Assembly (NCBI RefSeq): GCF_009914755.1
Contig: NC_060927.1
DNA length: 64,000 nt
Reading direction: 5' to 3' (one strand)
Origin: the human T2T-CHM13v2.0 reference genome, Homo sapiens
Both the position numbers and the translations under genes were made by a program. The notes under the pieces are model-generated. The model saw nothing but the letters and a program-made list of their open reading frames with translations. It made no database searches and had not been told where the DNA came from. Below, in pieces: positions 24,900 through 48,528 of this stretch; the first letter of the stretch is position 1; every line of letters starts with the position of its first letter.

Positions 24900-25080
24900 C
24901 AAGAAGAATTGTATAGAAATGTAAACAACATTTATGTGTGCTTCACATGTGGCATGAAAAAAATGAGGACCTCTGGTCAAAATTGCCTGAGTTCAGAATT
25001 TCATGCTGGAAGGAAAGTTAGACGTAACTTCTAATTTCTAGTTCCAGTAAGCATCTCTTCTTGGAAAATTTCCAAAAAAG
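24900..25080 (+). other. NXPE3: Candidate NXPE3 5'UTR exon (alternative acceptor at 24860 and donor at 25046/25047 possible)
   Basis: Polypyrimidine tract with tttgtttcag| at 24899 and AAG|gtaaat at 25080/25081. Confidence 0.45.
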
Positions 25081-25449
25081 GTAAATTACATTGAATTATA
25101 TATTTTTATTTTTTTGGTTAATCTGAGGAACTTTTTTCTATAATCATTCCCTGCCAACACTGTTGTTCTTACTTGATTTTAAGGCTCCTTGCAAATAGCA
25201 TTCCTGTTATAATGCGTAGGTTTTATGTTTATAGGAAAATACCAAAAACCTGTTACAGTTTTTTTTTTACACTACAATTACCTCATGCCGTGAAATAGTT
25301 TTCTTCTTTTACTTAAAAATCTTTCAGTTTAAGTTGAATTGATTTCACAGATGTGATTTAATGCTTTGTTTCTGCTATGTCTCATCTTTAATTTTTACTT
25401 TTAGAAATTGGTTTTATTCTTTATTTTATTTCATTTTTTTTTGAGACAG

Positions 25450-25570
25450 AGTCCTGCTCTGTTGCCCAGGCTGGAGTACATTGGTGTGATGATCATGGTT
25501 CACTGCAGCCTCGACCTCCCAGGCTCAAGCAATTCTCCTACCTCAGCCTCCTGAGTAACTGGGACTATAG
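25450..25570 (+). other. NXPE3: Candidate Alu-derived 5'UTR exon of NXPE3 (121 nt) within antisense AluJ 25420-25738
   Basis: (t)n gagacag| acceptor and TAG|gtgcgt donor at the typical right-arm Alu exonisation positions. Confidence 0.6.
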
Positions 25571-25761
25571 GTGCGTACTACCATGCCCAGCTAATTAAAA
25601 AAAAATTTTTTGTGTGTGTGGAGTTGGGGGTCTCACTATCTTGCCTCAGCTAGTCTCAAACTCCTGGTCTCAAGCAAACCTCCTGTTTTGGCCTCCCAAA
25701 GTGTTGGGATTATTGGCGTGAGCCACCATGCCTGGCCCAGCTTTATTCTTTGTATTTGTGA

Positions 25762-26150
<389 letters not shown>

Positions 26151-28191
26151 TGGTATATATCTTTTCAAAGAGAGGTCTGTCTAGTGTGCCTCACGCAACA
26201 TCTATTTAGGTGTACAAATGGGTCTCTCAAATGTCAGTGCTCTACTTACAGCACAGAGTCAGGTCTTTTCCTGGCACAATCCTCCTAAATTATTGTCAGT
26301 AGAAGCCTCTAGCTGGGAGGGACTTCTTGCATTGCTGCCTCTGGTCCTGTAGTTCTTTTGCTTTAGAGTCTCCTGCCCTTGCCTTCTTTCTGCATCACTG
26401 ACAGCTGTGTGCTGCTGCTGCCTGGCTGAACCACACTGATGTCCTTTAAATGGCTAGTGTCCACACAATGCATGACCACACCTGCCTATGGTGCAACTAA
26501 ATTCCTGTGGACTACCATCTTTGGTCTTTTCCCTCTCTGGCCATTGTGGAAACCTGATTTTTTTTTTATGGACAACTTTTTGAGAAGGATTTCAATGGCA
26601 GAACAGTTGGGACCCTGATGACAGAGTTATCCTCTATTTTACAGCCAGTTTCTTCCAAGAAGTTATAGACAGTTTGAGGTGGATGAGTGTCTGGATATTG
26701 GAGAGAGGAGGTGTCAGGAAATGGAGAAGCACAGTCTTTCACATTTCCTGGCATCCCTGTGGAGGTGGCCAGGACTGGTGGATTTATTTCTCCTTAAGAA
26801 GGGGCTGACATCTTGTCTAATATGAGTGTAAGCTTTTCAAGGGGAATTTCTGGCACTTAGTACAGTGTGTGGTATAGCGTAGGCCTCCATAATTATTTGT
26901 TGCATAGATTGTTGAATCATTGTGTACCATGTAAAGAACTAAGTACCTTGAGCAAATCAGAAAAGTATAATGCAGTATCATTAAGTTGCTTTTCTCTGAT
27001 ATATGGTTTTTTAAAAAAATACAGTCATAATTGGTATAGTCTAGTTTGAGAGATAAGAAATACAAATAGAGGGAGCATGAGGGAGAAAAAAATACAAATA
27101 GAGATCAGCAGAGAAGTGAAAATAATAAGTGCTATGGGAACTCTGAGGATGGAGAGCTTGTTGGAATGGCTCACCCTTGTCTCCTTTGTGAAGCTGATTG
27201 GCATTGTCATTGTGGTTGGGACTGGTTCAGACAGGTGAGGCAGAGGAGTGAGAGAATGGGGGCTTGCCAGGTCCAACACAAAGTGGAGGGGAGAGTTGAT
27301 GCAGCTGAGTTATTCTGAGATACTCTGCACCATGATTTTGTACCCTTTCTGCCTTTATTTCTGTGTCCTGCCCTTCATGGAAAGTCTCCCTGGGGATAGA
27401 ATACTAGGACATTTTCTGTTTACCTGTATCAAAATGGCAAGTGGAAAGAGCATTTGAATTTGTTACGTGGGAGAACAGTTAGGCACTGCTGACTCTGAAG
27501 TCCTCTGCCTCTAGCAGGTGTGATGAAGGATTTTGGGATCCTGTTACCCATTTTTCAAGCTTGACTTTCCTCTCCCACATCTTCCAGGCAGGTGTGTGTC
27601 TTCCTGTGCCTTATCATGTAGCTGAGGGAGCATCAGGACCACATATGTGGTGGGGAGAGCTGGAAACCTAAAGAGTGTGTCGCGTCTCCTGCCATACCTC
27701 TGTATGAGAGGGGTAGCACTTCTTGTTTGCCAGAGAATGTCAGGATGCTTTGCACAGTATCCCAGAGCTCTTCATGAAAACAGTTTCCTCTTCATGTTCT
27801 TTAAGTGTAATTAATGTAGCAGTGTTACATAACTTAAAGGGAAGGGGAAGGGAAGTGATTTTATTGACTGAGGTCTCTGTAGAAATTTAGCAGTTACTTT
27901 TATTTCACAATTTCTGAGTTTGAAGACATACTTCCTTACTTTCTTAAAAGTTAAAACCTAAATAGGCAATAGGGGAAATATTGTATTTACACGGAAGCCT
28001 GACACTGGGAAAGGAAACTTTGAGGAGATTGTCTGGAAATGAAAAGACGTTACTGTGCTCTGGCTCTTTGCTTTCTCCTTGTGACTTTGGGCCTTAGATA
28101 AGGTTAAGGAAGAGGAAATGTGATGTTTTTCCTCTCACCCCACCCTAGGCCATTGCAATTGGTGATGTTCTCTCATCTCTCCTCTTTGAAG

Positions 28192-28503
<312 letters not shown>

Positions 28504-29559
28504 TAACTAAGGGAGCCGAGTCTGGGGATCTGGGGCTAACTAGCCTGGGAAAACGTTGGTTATCGGAAGCTTATCGTAGTCACAGTTCTTGTTTTCATTT
28601 ATTCGGTAAGTATTTGCGTGCTCACAATGGTTATATACGCTGCTAGTCACCGAGGGTACAGTGAAGACATTTCTTCACTTACAGGCCTTTCTTTCTAGTG
28701 CTCACATAATAAGTGTGCATGGAAGAAAAGTAGTAGTAATCATAATCACATAATAATAGTAACGATAATTGGACATTGTGAAAAGTGCAAAAAGGAAAGG
28801 GAGCTATTCTAGGATACCTTTAGAGTGATGAAGGAAAAACCTCTTCAAGGAGGGGACCTTTCAGTCAACCCATGGAAAAAAGCTGAAGGAGTATTTCAAG
28901 GGAGGGAGTAGATGAGTCTGTGTTGGAGATTACTAGATGGTACTCAGGGACCATGTCTTACTGAATCCCTCACAAGGGCCTGTCACTAAGAAGGTACTTA
29001 GTAGTGTTCCTTCTTCCCTGTCCCCAGCCCCAACATGAACTCATATAACCAAAATTTATGGTGGAGTTTCTGTATAAAGGATGCTGTCCTTTTGTTTTGT
29101 TGGCTTGTGGTACTTCTCAGATTACATATCCAACTTAATTATGGCATTTCTTTTCTTATTGGGTTTTATTAGCCTAAGGTGCTCTAAAAGCTAAGCCATA
29201 GGCTTTTAAAAAAATTTCTCCTGCTGGAATCAACTTTGTGGTTTTTAGCAGAACACCTAATCTCTCTGTGAAATGGGCACACTAAGGTCCTACAGATCTT
29301 TTCCTGTGCGCTGTGAGTAAAATTTGTTTGGTACTATGGAGAATGTGAAGTAATTCTGTTAAAGATTCTGTTAAAGATTTCCTATTAGAAATAGGCTTAA
29401 GGCATAAAAGCTAAGTATTTCTTCTTCTTTTTCTTTGCTTAAACTGTTCTTGTGTGTTTTACTATATAAGATACTACCAATCCTACACCGATAGTTCCTT
29501 TTACCTGGAAGCTGTTGATGATGTGTCTAGATATTTTAGAAACTCTTTTTTTAAAGTAT

Positions 29560-31330
<1,771 letters not shown>

Positions 31331-31379
31331 TATCCTTTAAAAAAATTGTGATGAAAACACATAAAATTTGGTATCTTAG

Positions 31380-33700
<2,321 letters not shown>

Positions 33701-33724
33701 AACCTACTTGTGTTTTTATATTTA

Positions 33725-36175
<2,451 letters not shown>

Positions 36176-37288
36176 GTGTTTTTATATTTAAAACAGGTTT
36201 CTTCTAGCTAGCATGTAATTGGATCTTGTTTTTTATCTAATCTGACAATCTCTGCCTTTTAGTTGGGGTGCTTAGCCTGTTTACATTTAATATATTTTTT
36301 GAAAGCATTATGGTTACATCTACCATTTTGCTGTTTGTTTTTTATTTGTCCCACCTCTTCTCTATTCCCCTTTTTCCTTTTTTTCTGCCTTTTTTTTTTG
36401 TATTAATTGACAAGGTCTTTTTTTTTTTTTTTTTTTTTTTTTTTTATCTGTGCTTTTCCAGTCTGGCTGGTAGGAAGTACTATTCCTGTATAAACTCAGG
36501 TTATTGTTTTTATTTTTATTTTTATTTTTGCTTTCAGTAGTTCTCTCCCCAGCCTCCAATAGTTTCTTTATACACATATGCTTATCATCGCTCTGTTGAA
36601 TACTTGAGTGGGACTGTCTGTAGATCTCCTGAGTTATTTTTCTTCACAGTTGTTTTGCTTTCCTGTGAATTATAATCACCATGGTCTTTAAGACTCTCAG
36701 CCTCATCTCCTTGCCTTGGGTGCTTTGCCATGCTCCACCGGGGCTCCTCTTCCTGTGCTGCAGCCTGGAAACTCTCTCAAGACACTAAGCTAAGGACAGT
36801 CCTTGGGCTCATCTCGTTTGTTTACTGTCTCTCAGGCATCACTGTGTTTTATTGTCTGATGCCTAGTGTCTGGAAAACCATTGTTTCATGTATTTTGCCT
36901 TTTTTTTTTTTCAGTTGTTTCATGTGAGAGGCTAAATCGCATTACTGTTTCTCTATCTTTGCTGGAAGTGGAAGTTTGAGGGACTTGAATTTGTGGGGAA
37001 AGAGATTATAGAGAAGCTGAAGGGGGGAGGAGAGGATGAGATCTAGAGCACAGATGGAGCATATAACCTTTTATAGGACAAGGAGCATGAGTATATTGTG
37101 AGTATTCTTGTTATTTTATTAACTACATAGGAGGAGCCGTGTTCCTTCCTCTGACCTAAGAGGGAAAGATATCCTGATGGTTGGCAATGCAGATACATTT
37201 GCTTAGAGGGTAGGACATTCAGGGAGTTTCTGGCTGTGAAGAAGATGGAAGGTAGGAGGGTAGAGCCCAGGAGGTTTGTGTGGGACTT

Positions 37289-37340
37289 GAAATAATGGTT
37301 TTCTAGATGGAGTTCGAAATAATGGATTTCTAGATGGAGT
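37289..37340. repeat. 27-bp-period tandem duplication
   Basis: gaaataatgg(t/a)tttctagatggagt occurs twice. Confidence 0.85.
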
Positions 37341-38025
37341 AGGATGGCAGAGGGACAATAAATTTCAAGACCTTAAGTGTGCATGGCACTTACTGCATTG
37401 GTTTTGTGAATGTGTGTGTTAATTTTATCATATTCAACACACAAAGTATTATAATAGACAAAAAAAGATAGTTGTGTAGTTCTTGGGTAGAGAAGGAGGA
37501 AGGTAAAGGGAGAGACAGAGAGACTTGAGAGGGTAGGCTGCAGTCCCACATCAGTAATGTTATAACAGTCAGGAAGGAATGTTAGAAAATTATTCTTTTG
37601 TTCTACTTTAGTTCTTGGAAACTTCCGTACTTAATGCCAGCTAAAGGCTCTAATTATTTGAACGAACTAACTCTTCTCTACTGAATGGAGAAGGCAGGTA
37701 TCAATATTGAATAAACAGTTGTGATATTGAAAATCAGATGCGTCTTTTAGTGGAGTGAGCTATAAGCATTTTCACCTGTCTGAAGAGGTCATCTTGTCCA
37801 GCATGATACTGTTGTCATGAATTTTAAGCTACTTATTACTGTGATGATAATTGATAAAGAAGCTTGGAGTAAATGGAGAAAAGGCTCTGGCTCTGAAATT
37901 TGTCAGTCTCTCACTCTCTAATCCCTTTCCATACTATGCTTCTGACACTCACTATACTCTTATGATTGGAGTATCTTATCAGTTTCTAAAACGCAGACTC
38001 AATTGTAATGAAAAATATTACATAA

Positions 38026-38320
38026 GCTGGGCACAATGGCTCATGCCTGGATTCCTAGCACATTGGGAGGCCCAGGTGGGCGGATCATCTGAGGTCAGGA
38101 GTTTTGAGACCAGCTTGGCCGACATGGCGAAACCCCCGTCTCTACTAAAAATACAAAAAAGCTGGGCGTGGTAGCGGGTGCCTATAATCCTAGCTACTCG
38201 GGAGGCTGAGACATGAGAATCACTTGAATCTGGGTGTCAGAGGTTGCACTGAGCTGAGATTGCACCACTGCACTTCAGCCTGGGCAACAAAGTGAGACTT
38301 ATCTAAAAAAAAAAAAAAAA
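38026..38320 (+). mobile_element. AluS
   Basis: Full dimer with poly-A tail. Confidence 0.9.
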
Positions 38321-40202
38321 GCAGTCCATATTATGAGAAGGGGGTATTTGTAACAATATCTAGCAAAAGATTGGAGGGAGAATTGCAGTCTTTTATTTCT
38401 CCGATAAACTCTCATTGAGCAAGTTCTGTATTTTTTTTCTTTTGCCTTATTCATTGATATTTTAGATATGTATTATAACACCTGTGTATTAGGGCTTTGG
38501 GCTTCAGGTAAAGATGCCCAATTCAAGCTAATGGTAATATATATTACTCATTTGAATAGAAGTCAGTAGATAGGTTGGGCATAGTTCTTTTGGGAATCAG
38601 CCTCTGTTTGTCTGTAAGCCTCTTAACTGTGCCTTCTTTTGTGTGTTACCTTTCATCTATGGCATCCTCCTTCATGGTTGATTGTAGGATGGCTACCAGA
38701 GCAATGGCGTTTTTGCTTTCTTGTACATGCCCACCTGAAGAAACAGTTGTTCTCTTGAAATGATCTCAAGGTACTGTGTTTTTTCATTTGCAAGTACAAT
38801 TCAAATAGCTGTTACCAAGGGGAATTAGTGGTGCCTGGATTTGGCTGCATGCAAGCATAAGCCTCCAGCAACCTCACCTGGTTCTCATAGTCCAGAATTG
38901 GGTCACATGCCCATTCCTGAACCAGCCGTTTACCTGGGACTACCCCTCCATCAGTTAGGCCCACCCCTGGGCTGACAGGTCAGCAAACAGCATTGCTATG
39001 GTTCACTAGGCCAGGAGTGAAATGGATGTGGGACAGGCAATCACCATGTTCACTCCAGCCCATAGGTTATGATGGCTTGAGGAGTGAGCCATCTGTTTGG
39101 TATTTCCTCTTAGCTCTAAACCTAAAAAGATGGCGGGTGTGAAGTTGCCCTTGTCTTTAGGAAAATTAAGCAAATTGACATTTTTGCATTTTTGTCATTT
39201 GCAAGTAAAATTCAGGGGAATTACCACCAAATGTGTGGTGATTTCTGGATTGGGTTGCATGTATCAGTCAGTTGGGCGAGGAAGAAAGGAAAAGGTTAGG
39301 AAGAGGAGCTATGCTGTAAGCACATGGTGCATGATTTGGTCCTTAATGGTGTGTCACAGACTTACAACAACTAAAAAGGAGAGGGTGGCTGGAACATTTC
39401 CTGAAAGGTAATCAGTAAGTTAATAAAGGGAATTTTTCAAAGTCAGTTTTGTTTTCCCCATGCCATTTTTTAAATGAACAAATACTGCCATATACTCCTT
39501 TAAAATGAAGCCTCCTAAATGAGATTCTTTAAAGTGAAAATGTGTGTATGTTAGTATAAAATCAGAGGGGAAAAATACAGAATCTAAGAAGAGCATTAAA
39601 CATTCTTGTATCTTGAGATTATTTTTACCTTATGTAGGATTTTGAAGTGGTTTGTTATAGGTGGGGATCCTGAGGCCTTGTTTAAGTGTTTTACTAGAAA
39701 CAAGGAAATGCTATAGCTATTGAGGAGAGAGATTTTTGGTTTTGCTTTGTTGTTTATTCCCCTGCAGTTTAACCAATTGCATAACGTAAGATGTAGTTTT
39801 CTACATCTTAGGTAGATTAGTTATATGCCTCAGGTTAGGTATATAACTTTTTTCCTGCCCATTTATTCCTGTATCCTGTTTACTAATAAAGTAATTCATG
39901 GAATAGATGGAAATTTCAAAGAATGGAGAATGGTATTAAGTACACAGTTGGATCCCCTCCCCATTCTTTACTCTGAGTGAATGTAGTTGCTTATTTTTAA
40001 TTATTTGGGTAGTTAGCACTAATTATACATTACATACTTATATCTTGATTTGTGAACTTTACAAGGTATCTCCTGACTTGTTCATATGAGGCAGTGTATC
40101 ATGGGTGGTTAAGAACACAGGTCTTAATTCAGACAGCTTGGCTTCTAATCCTCTGCTGCTTCTAACCTACATGGCCTTGAGCAAATTATTAAGCTATTCT
40201 TT

Positions 40203-40997
40203 TTTTTTTTTAATTTTTTTTTTTTATTATACTTTAAGTTTTAGGGTACATGTGCACATTGTGCAGGTTAGTTACATATGTATACATGTGCCATGCTGGT
40301 GCGCTGCACCCACTAACGTGTCATCTAGCATTAGGTATATCTCCCAATGCTATCCCTCCCCCCTCCCCCGACCCCACCACAGTCCCCAGAGTGTGATATT
40401 CCCCTTCCTGTGTCCATGTGATCTCATTGTTCAATTCCCACCTATGAGTGAGAATATGCGGTGTTTGGTTTTTTGTTCTTGCGATAGTTTACTGAGAATG
40501 ATGGTTTCCAATTTCATCCATGTCCCTACAAAGGACATGAACTCATCATTTTTTATGGCTGCATAGTATTCCATGGTGTATATGTGCCACATTTTCTTAA
40601 TCCAGTCTATGATTGTTGGACATTTGGGTTGGTTCCAAGTCTTTGCTATTGTGAATAATGCCGCAATAAACATACGTGTGCATGTGTCTTTATAGCAGCA
40701 TGATTTATAGTCATTTGGGTATATACCCAGTAATGGGATGGCTGGGTCAAATGGTATTTCTAGTTCTAGATCCCTGAGGAATCGCCACACTGACTTCCAC
40801 AATGGTTGAACTAGTTTACAGTCCCACCAACAGTGTAAAAGTGTTCCTATTTCTCCACATCCTCTCCAGCACCTGTTGTTTCCTGACTTTTTAATGATTG
40901 CCATTCTAACTGGTGTGAGATGATATCTCATAGTGGTTTTGATTTGCATTTCTCTGATGGCCAGTGATGATGAGCATTTTTTCATGTGTTTTTTGGC
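40203..40997 (-). mobile_element. Young 5'-truncated L1 (L1HS pre-Ta/L1PA2 boundary, ACG/A type) inserted into a MIR
   Basis: Intact ORF2 C-terminus (ORF 40431-40985). 3'UTR reads GATGACACGTTAG and ACTTAAAG on the minus strand. Perfect 17-bp TSD ttattaagctattcttt at 40186-40202 and 40998-41014. Confidence 0.93.
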
Positions 40998-41174
40998 TTA
41001 TTAAGCTATTCTTTGCCTCAGTTTCCTTGTCTCTAAAATGGACATAATAACAGGACTTACCACATGTGATAATTTGAACATTGAATTTAAAGATTCATGT
41101 AAACTGTTTACAAGAGTATCCAGCACATAAGTGATCACAATAAATGTTGGCTGTTTCTGCTACTGCTGTTTTTT

Positions 41175-41373
41175 AATTTTTCTTTCTTTTAAGCACAGGG
41201 TCTCACTCTGTTGCCCAGGCTAGAGTGCGGTGGCACAGTCATTGTTCACTGTAACCTCTAACTCCTGGGCTCAAGCAATCCTCATATATATACACATATA
41301 TATGTATGTGTATATATGTATGTATATATGTATGTAGATATATGTCTATATATATAATGTATATATATGTGTG

Positions 41374-41404
<31 letters not shown>

Positions 41405-42512
41405 TCTTTTAAAGTTTTTGAGACAAAGTCTTGTTCTGTTGTCCAGGCTGGAGTGCAGTGGCACAATCTCAGCGTACTGCAACCTCTGCCTCCTGGGTTC
41501 AAGCAATTCTCGTGCTTCAGCCTCCTGAGTAGCTGAGATTACAGGTGTGTACCACCACACCCAGCTAAATTTTTGTATTTTTAGTAGAGACAGGGTTTCA
41601 CCATGTTGCCCAGACTAGTCTCGAACTCTTGAGCTCAAACGATCCCGATCTGTCCACCTCTGCCTCCCAAAGTGCTAGGATTACAGGCGTGAGCCACTGT
41701 GCCCAGCCCAGTTTTAATTTATATTTATTTATTTATTTGTTAGAGACAAGGTCTTGCTCTGTTGCTCTGGCTGGAGTTCCATGGTGTGATCATAGCTCAC
41801 TACAACCTGGAGCTCCTGGGTTCAGTGATCTTCCCAGCTCAGCCTTCCGTGTAGCTAGGACTACAGGCATATGCCACCACGCTTGGCTAACTTTAAAAAA
41901 AAATTCTTGTAGAGATGGGGGTCTTGCTATGTTTCCCAGGTTGGTCTTGAACTCCTGGCCTCAAGCAGTTCTTCTGCTTCAGCCTCCCGAAGTGTTGGAA
42001 TTACAGGCATGAGCCACTGCACCTGATCTACTACTGTTAACATAATGAAAGATGAGGCCTCTGCTTCATTCTCCTTCCACAATTTGTAAAATTAATTTTA
42101 TTTCTATATATAACATTAAATAATGTATCTAGTCCTTTTATTTCCCCAACAGCATAATATATCTTAACTTCCTGCTCTAAGTGATGAAGAAAGCCCTACT
42201 CATTCTTATTTATTTATTTGTTATTATTTTTTTGAGATGGAGTCTCATTCTGTCGCCCAGCCTGGAGTGCAGTGGCGCGATCTTGGCTCACTGCAACCTC
42301 TGCCTCCTGGGTTCAAGCAGTTCTCTCCCTCAGCCTTCCGAGTAGTTGGGATTACAGGCGCCTGCCACCACACTCAGCTAATTTTTGTATTTTTAGTAGA
42401 GATGGGGTTTCAGCATGTTGGCCAGGCTGGTCTTGAACTCCTGACCTTGTGATCCATCTGCCTCGGCCTCCCAAAGTGCTGGGATTACAGGTGTGAGCCA
42501 CCGCATCTGGCC
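41175..42512 (-). mobile_element. Cluster of antisense Alus (41175-41283, 41394-41709, 41720-42025, 42205-42512) with a TA-rich microsatellite at 41285-41393
   Basis: Alu consensus and a (TA/TG)n tract. Confidence 0.88.
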
Positions 42513-42569
42513 TACTTCATTCTTTTATATTTGATTTCCACTAGTTATAATATTACTTTTGCATCATTA

Positions 42570-43660
42570 GGTGCATTCTTTATGGATTGTATCCTTCAAG
42601 GAATTGGTCCATTTCATCTGGGTTATCAAATTTATGGGCATAGAATTGTTCATAATATTCCTTTATTCCTTTAATGTCCATGGGATCTGTAGTGATGGCT
42701 TCTCTTTCATTTCTGATATTAATAATTTGTGTCCTCCCTCTTTTTTTCTTAGCCTGGGTAGAGGGCTTATCAATTTTATCAATCTTTTAAAAAACCAGCT
42801 TTGGGTTTCATTGATTTTTCTTTATTGATTTCCTGTTTTCAAGTTCATTGATTTCTGCTATCATGTTTATTATTTTTCTTCTGCTTATTTTGGATATTGT
42901 TTGCTCTTCTTTTTCTAGTTTGCTAAGATGTAAGGTTAAATTACTGATTTTAGGTTGTTTTTCTTTCCTAAAATATGTATAGTACTATGAATTTCCCTCT
43001 AAGCACTTCTCTTGCTTCATTCTATAGTGTTTAATGAATTATATTTTCACCTTCACCTAGTTAACATATTTTTAAATTTCTCATGAGATTTTGTATGTTA
43101 CCCATTTGTATACCATTTTGGGATTTTTCCAGCTCTCTTTCTATTATTGATTTCTAGTTTAATTTCATTATGGCTTAAGAGAAGACACTGTATGATTTTT
43201 ATTTTAAAAAATTTTTAAGGTGTATTTTATGGCCCAAAATGTGGTCCGTTTTGGTGAATGTTCCATGTGAGCTTGATATGAAGTAGTTTACAGATGTCAA
43301 CTATATCCAGTTTATTGATGGTGCTGTTGAATTCAACTATGTCCTTACCGATTTTCTGCCTGCTGGATCTGTGTATTTCTGATAGAGGATTGTTGAAGTT
43401 TCAGACTATAATGTAGATTCATCTATTTCTCCATTAGTTTTTGCCTCACATGTTTTGATACTCATTGGTTAGGTACATACATGTTAAGGGTTGTTTTTTT
43501 TTTTGGAGAATTGACTCCTTTATTATTATGTAATGACCCTCTTTATCTTTGCTAACCTTCCTTGCTTTGAAATCTGCTCTGTCTGAAATTAATATAACTA
43601 CTACTGGTTTCTTTGGATTAGTGTTAGCATGGTATATCTTTCTCCATTCCTTTACTTTTT
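42570..43660 (-). mobile_element. Old L1M ORF2 fragment
   Basis: Antisense L1 motifs (aaaaaaccagctttgggtttcattgatttt, atttccctctaagcact). Confidence 0.7.
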
Positions 43661-43915
43661 TCTTGGTGTTTCTCCATCTTAGGTTGGACTGGGTGGCTCG
43701 AGTGGGCTGGAGTTGGATATTTCCCTTCTCTCAAGTTGGTTAGGCTCTGATAAAACTCCAATAGGCTAGGTTCTGATAAAGTGGTTTCTCTTGAGGGGCA
43801 GCTTTGTTAAGAACAACACAGTGCTCTGCATACTTCAAAATGGGTCCTTTTCCCTTTCTCTTCCCGGAAGCCCAAGGGGATTTTTCTTTGATATTCACTG
43901 TGAGAATCTGATTGA

Positions 43916-44908
<993 letters not shown>

Positions 44909-45124
44909 TAGTGAATAAAAAAAAAAACATAGATTTGTATTTTTCATTAGTGTTTTAAAAATGAAGCTTAATGCTTATCTGAGTCCAAATTAAAGACCTT
45001 TTACCCTTGAATTTTTGTTCTTTACCCTCATATCTGTGTTTTCCTTTAGAACCACATAGCATGTTTACACAGTAGCTGTGTAAGTAAAATCCCTTATTCA
45101 CAGAACAGATAGAAGTTATCTAAG

Positions 45125-46705
<1,581 letters not shown>

Positions 46706-48220
46706 GTTAGAGTTGTGTTTTTAGATTTTTAAGTTATTATGGATACATCCTAGTTGCACATATTTTTGAGGTAGATGTGATATTTTGATACAAGCATATA
46801 ATATGTAATGATCAAATCAGGGTAATTGGAGTATCCATTGCCTAAAGCATTTATCATTTCTTTGTGTTGGGAACATTCCAATTCCACTGTCATAATTGTT
46901 TTGAAATATATAGTAAATGATTGTTAACTATAATTGCCCTATAGAGTTACGTTGTCAGTCTACTTAGTGGCCTAGCAAAGAGGAAGAAACATAGTAATTT
47001 ACGCAAATTCCAGGTGGAAAATAGAGAAAGTTTAGAGAACTAAATTAGTGTAAAACTTAAAAGTATTTCTGACTATAAATTCTACCATTAAAAACAAAAA
47101 AGCACCCGTGAACCCACAAGGATAAAATAATGTGTTTGTCCCTGCCCTTCCTTGCATATCCTGGGTGAGGCTGGTTGATGGTACATTGTTGTAGAATAAT
47201 TGCGGAATTTTATTTACCTGGAAGTTTGCTGAGAAAACAATGTCTGAGGTGGTGTAAGTTTTTGGAAAGCAAACATTTGACAGAGTTCTCATAATTGATT
47301 TTCATTTTCCACCCTTTATTCTGTTAAAGTTCTGAAATATTGCATAAGGCCATCTGAAAAGAAAAAGAAAAAGATTGAAATTGATTTTTTGGGGGATCTT
47401 TGGGTATACTGTTTTGAGCTCATGGCCCAAATATGTTGAGCTGATATCCTTTTTTACTTCTCTTCCTTGGTAGCTCATAACCTTACTTAAACCAGAAAGA
47501 ATTAAGAAGCTTAGCCTTGGTATTTGGTTCCCTAAATGACAGTTGAACAATTAAAATATGTCATCTTTGTTCTTTATCTATAAGGGAATAAAAGTGTTAC
47601 TTTTGGAAAGGACAACAGGGGTTTCCTTAAAGATCCTATTAATATAAGGGAAGGCCTTTTGAAAGAATGGGCTTATCACCTACAACATTTCCCTTTTATT
47701 TTAGCATGATTGCTACTTTTTTCTTTCTAACTTTGTGTTTAAAAAATTGAATCTTTAGAAACATTGCAGGAATAATAACAATGAACTCATATACCTTTAA
47801 CTTAGATTCACTATTATTGTTTTGACACATTTTGCTTTATCTTTCTTTGTGTTTATATGTATCTGTGTATAATTTTTTCCCCTGAACCACCTGAGAGTAT
47901 GTTGCAGACATCATGGCACTGCACTCCATAAATATGCCTCTCCTAAGAAAATGGACTTTCTCTAACATATAACCATAATGATCACATTTGGGACATTTAT
48001 CATTGTTATAGTACTGTTATTTAATATGCAGTTCATATTAGATATTCAAGTTTCTTCAGTTGTCCCAATAATGACTTCTGTAGCTATCTTTTTAATTTTA
48101 ACTAATCTAATCTATGCTTACTCAGTGTGTTTGGTTATCTCTTTAATCCAAAAGAATTCTTTAGCCTATTTTGTTTTGTACAACATTGGCAATTTTGATG
48201 TTGCTGTTTTGTAGAATGTC

Positions 48221-48528
48221 CTTTTTTTTTTTTTTGAGATAGGGTGTCGCTTTGTCATCCAGGCTGGGGTGCGGTGCAGTGATCTCAGCTCACTGTAACC
48301 TTCAGCTCACTTGACTTCCTGGGGTCAAGTGATTCTTGTGCCTCACCCTCCCAAGTAGCTGGGAGTACTAGGCACGCACCACCATAGCTGGCTAATTTTT
48401 GTATTTTTAGTAGAGATGGAGTTTTGCCATGTTGGCCAGGCTGGTCTCAAACTCCTGGCCTCAAGGATATCTGCCCGTCTTGGCCTCCCAAAGTGCTGGG
48501 ATTACAGGCGTAAGCCACCACGCCCAGT
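48221..48528 (-). mobile_element. Alu within old L1M fragments
   Basis: Antisense Alu dimer. Confidence 0.85.

Noticed and set aside
40431-40985. 184-aa ORF, and similar ORFs at 20653, 34986, 35434, 35938, 59285 and 63422
   Set aside because: L1 ORF2 fragments in truncated elements without a promoter or complete domains.
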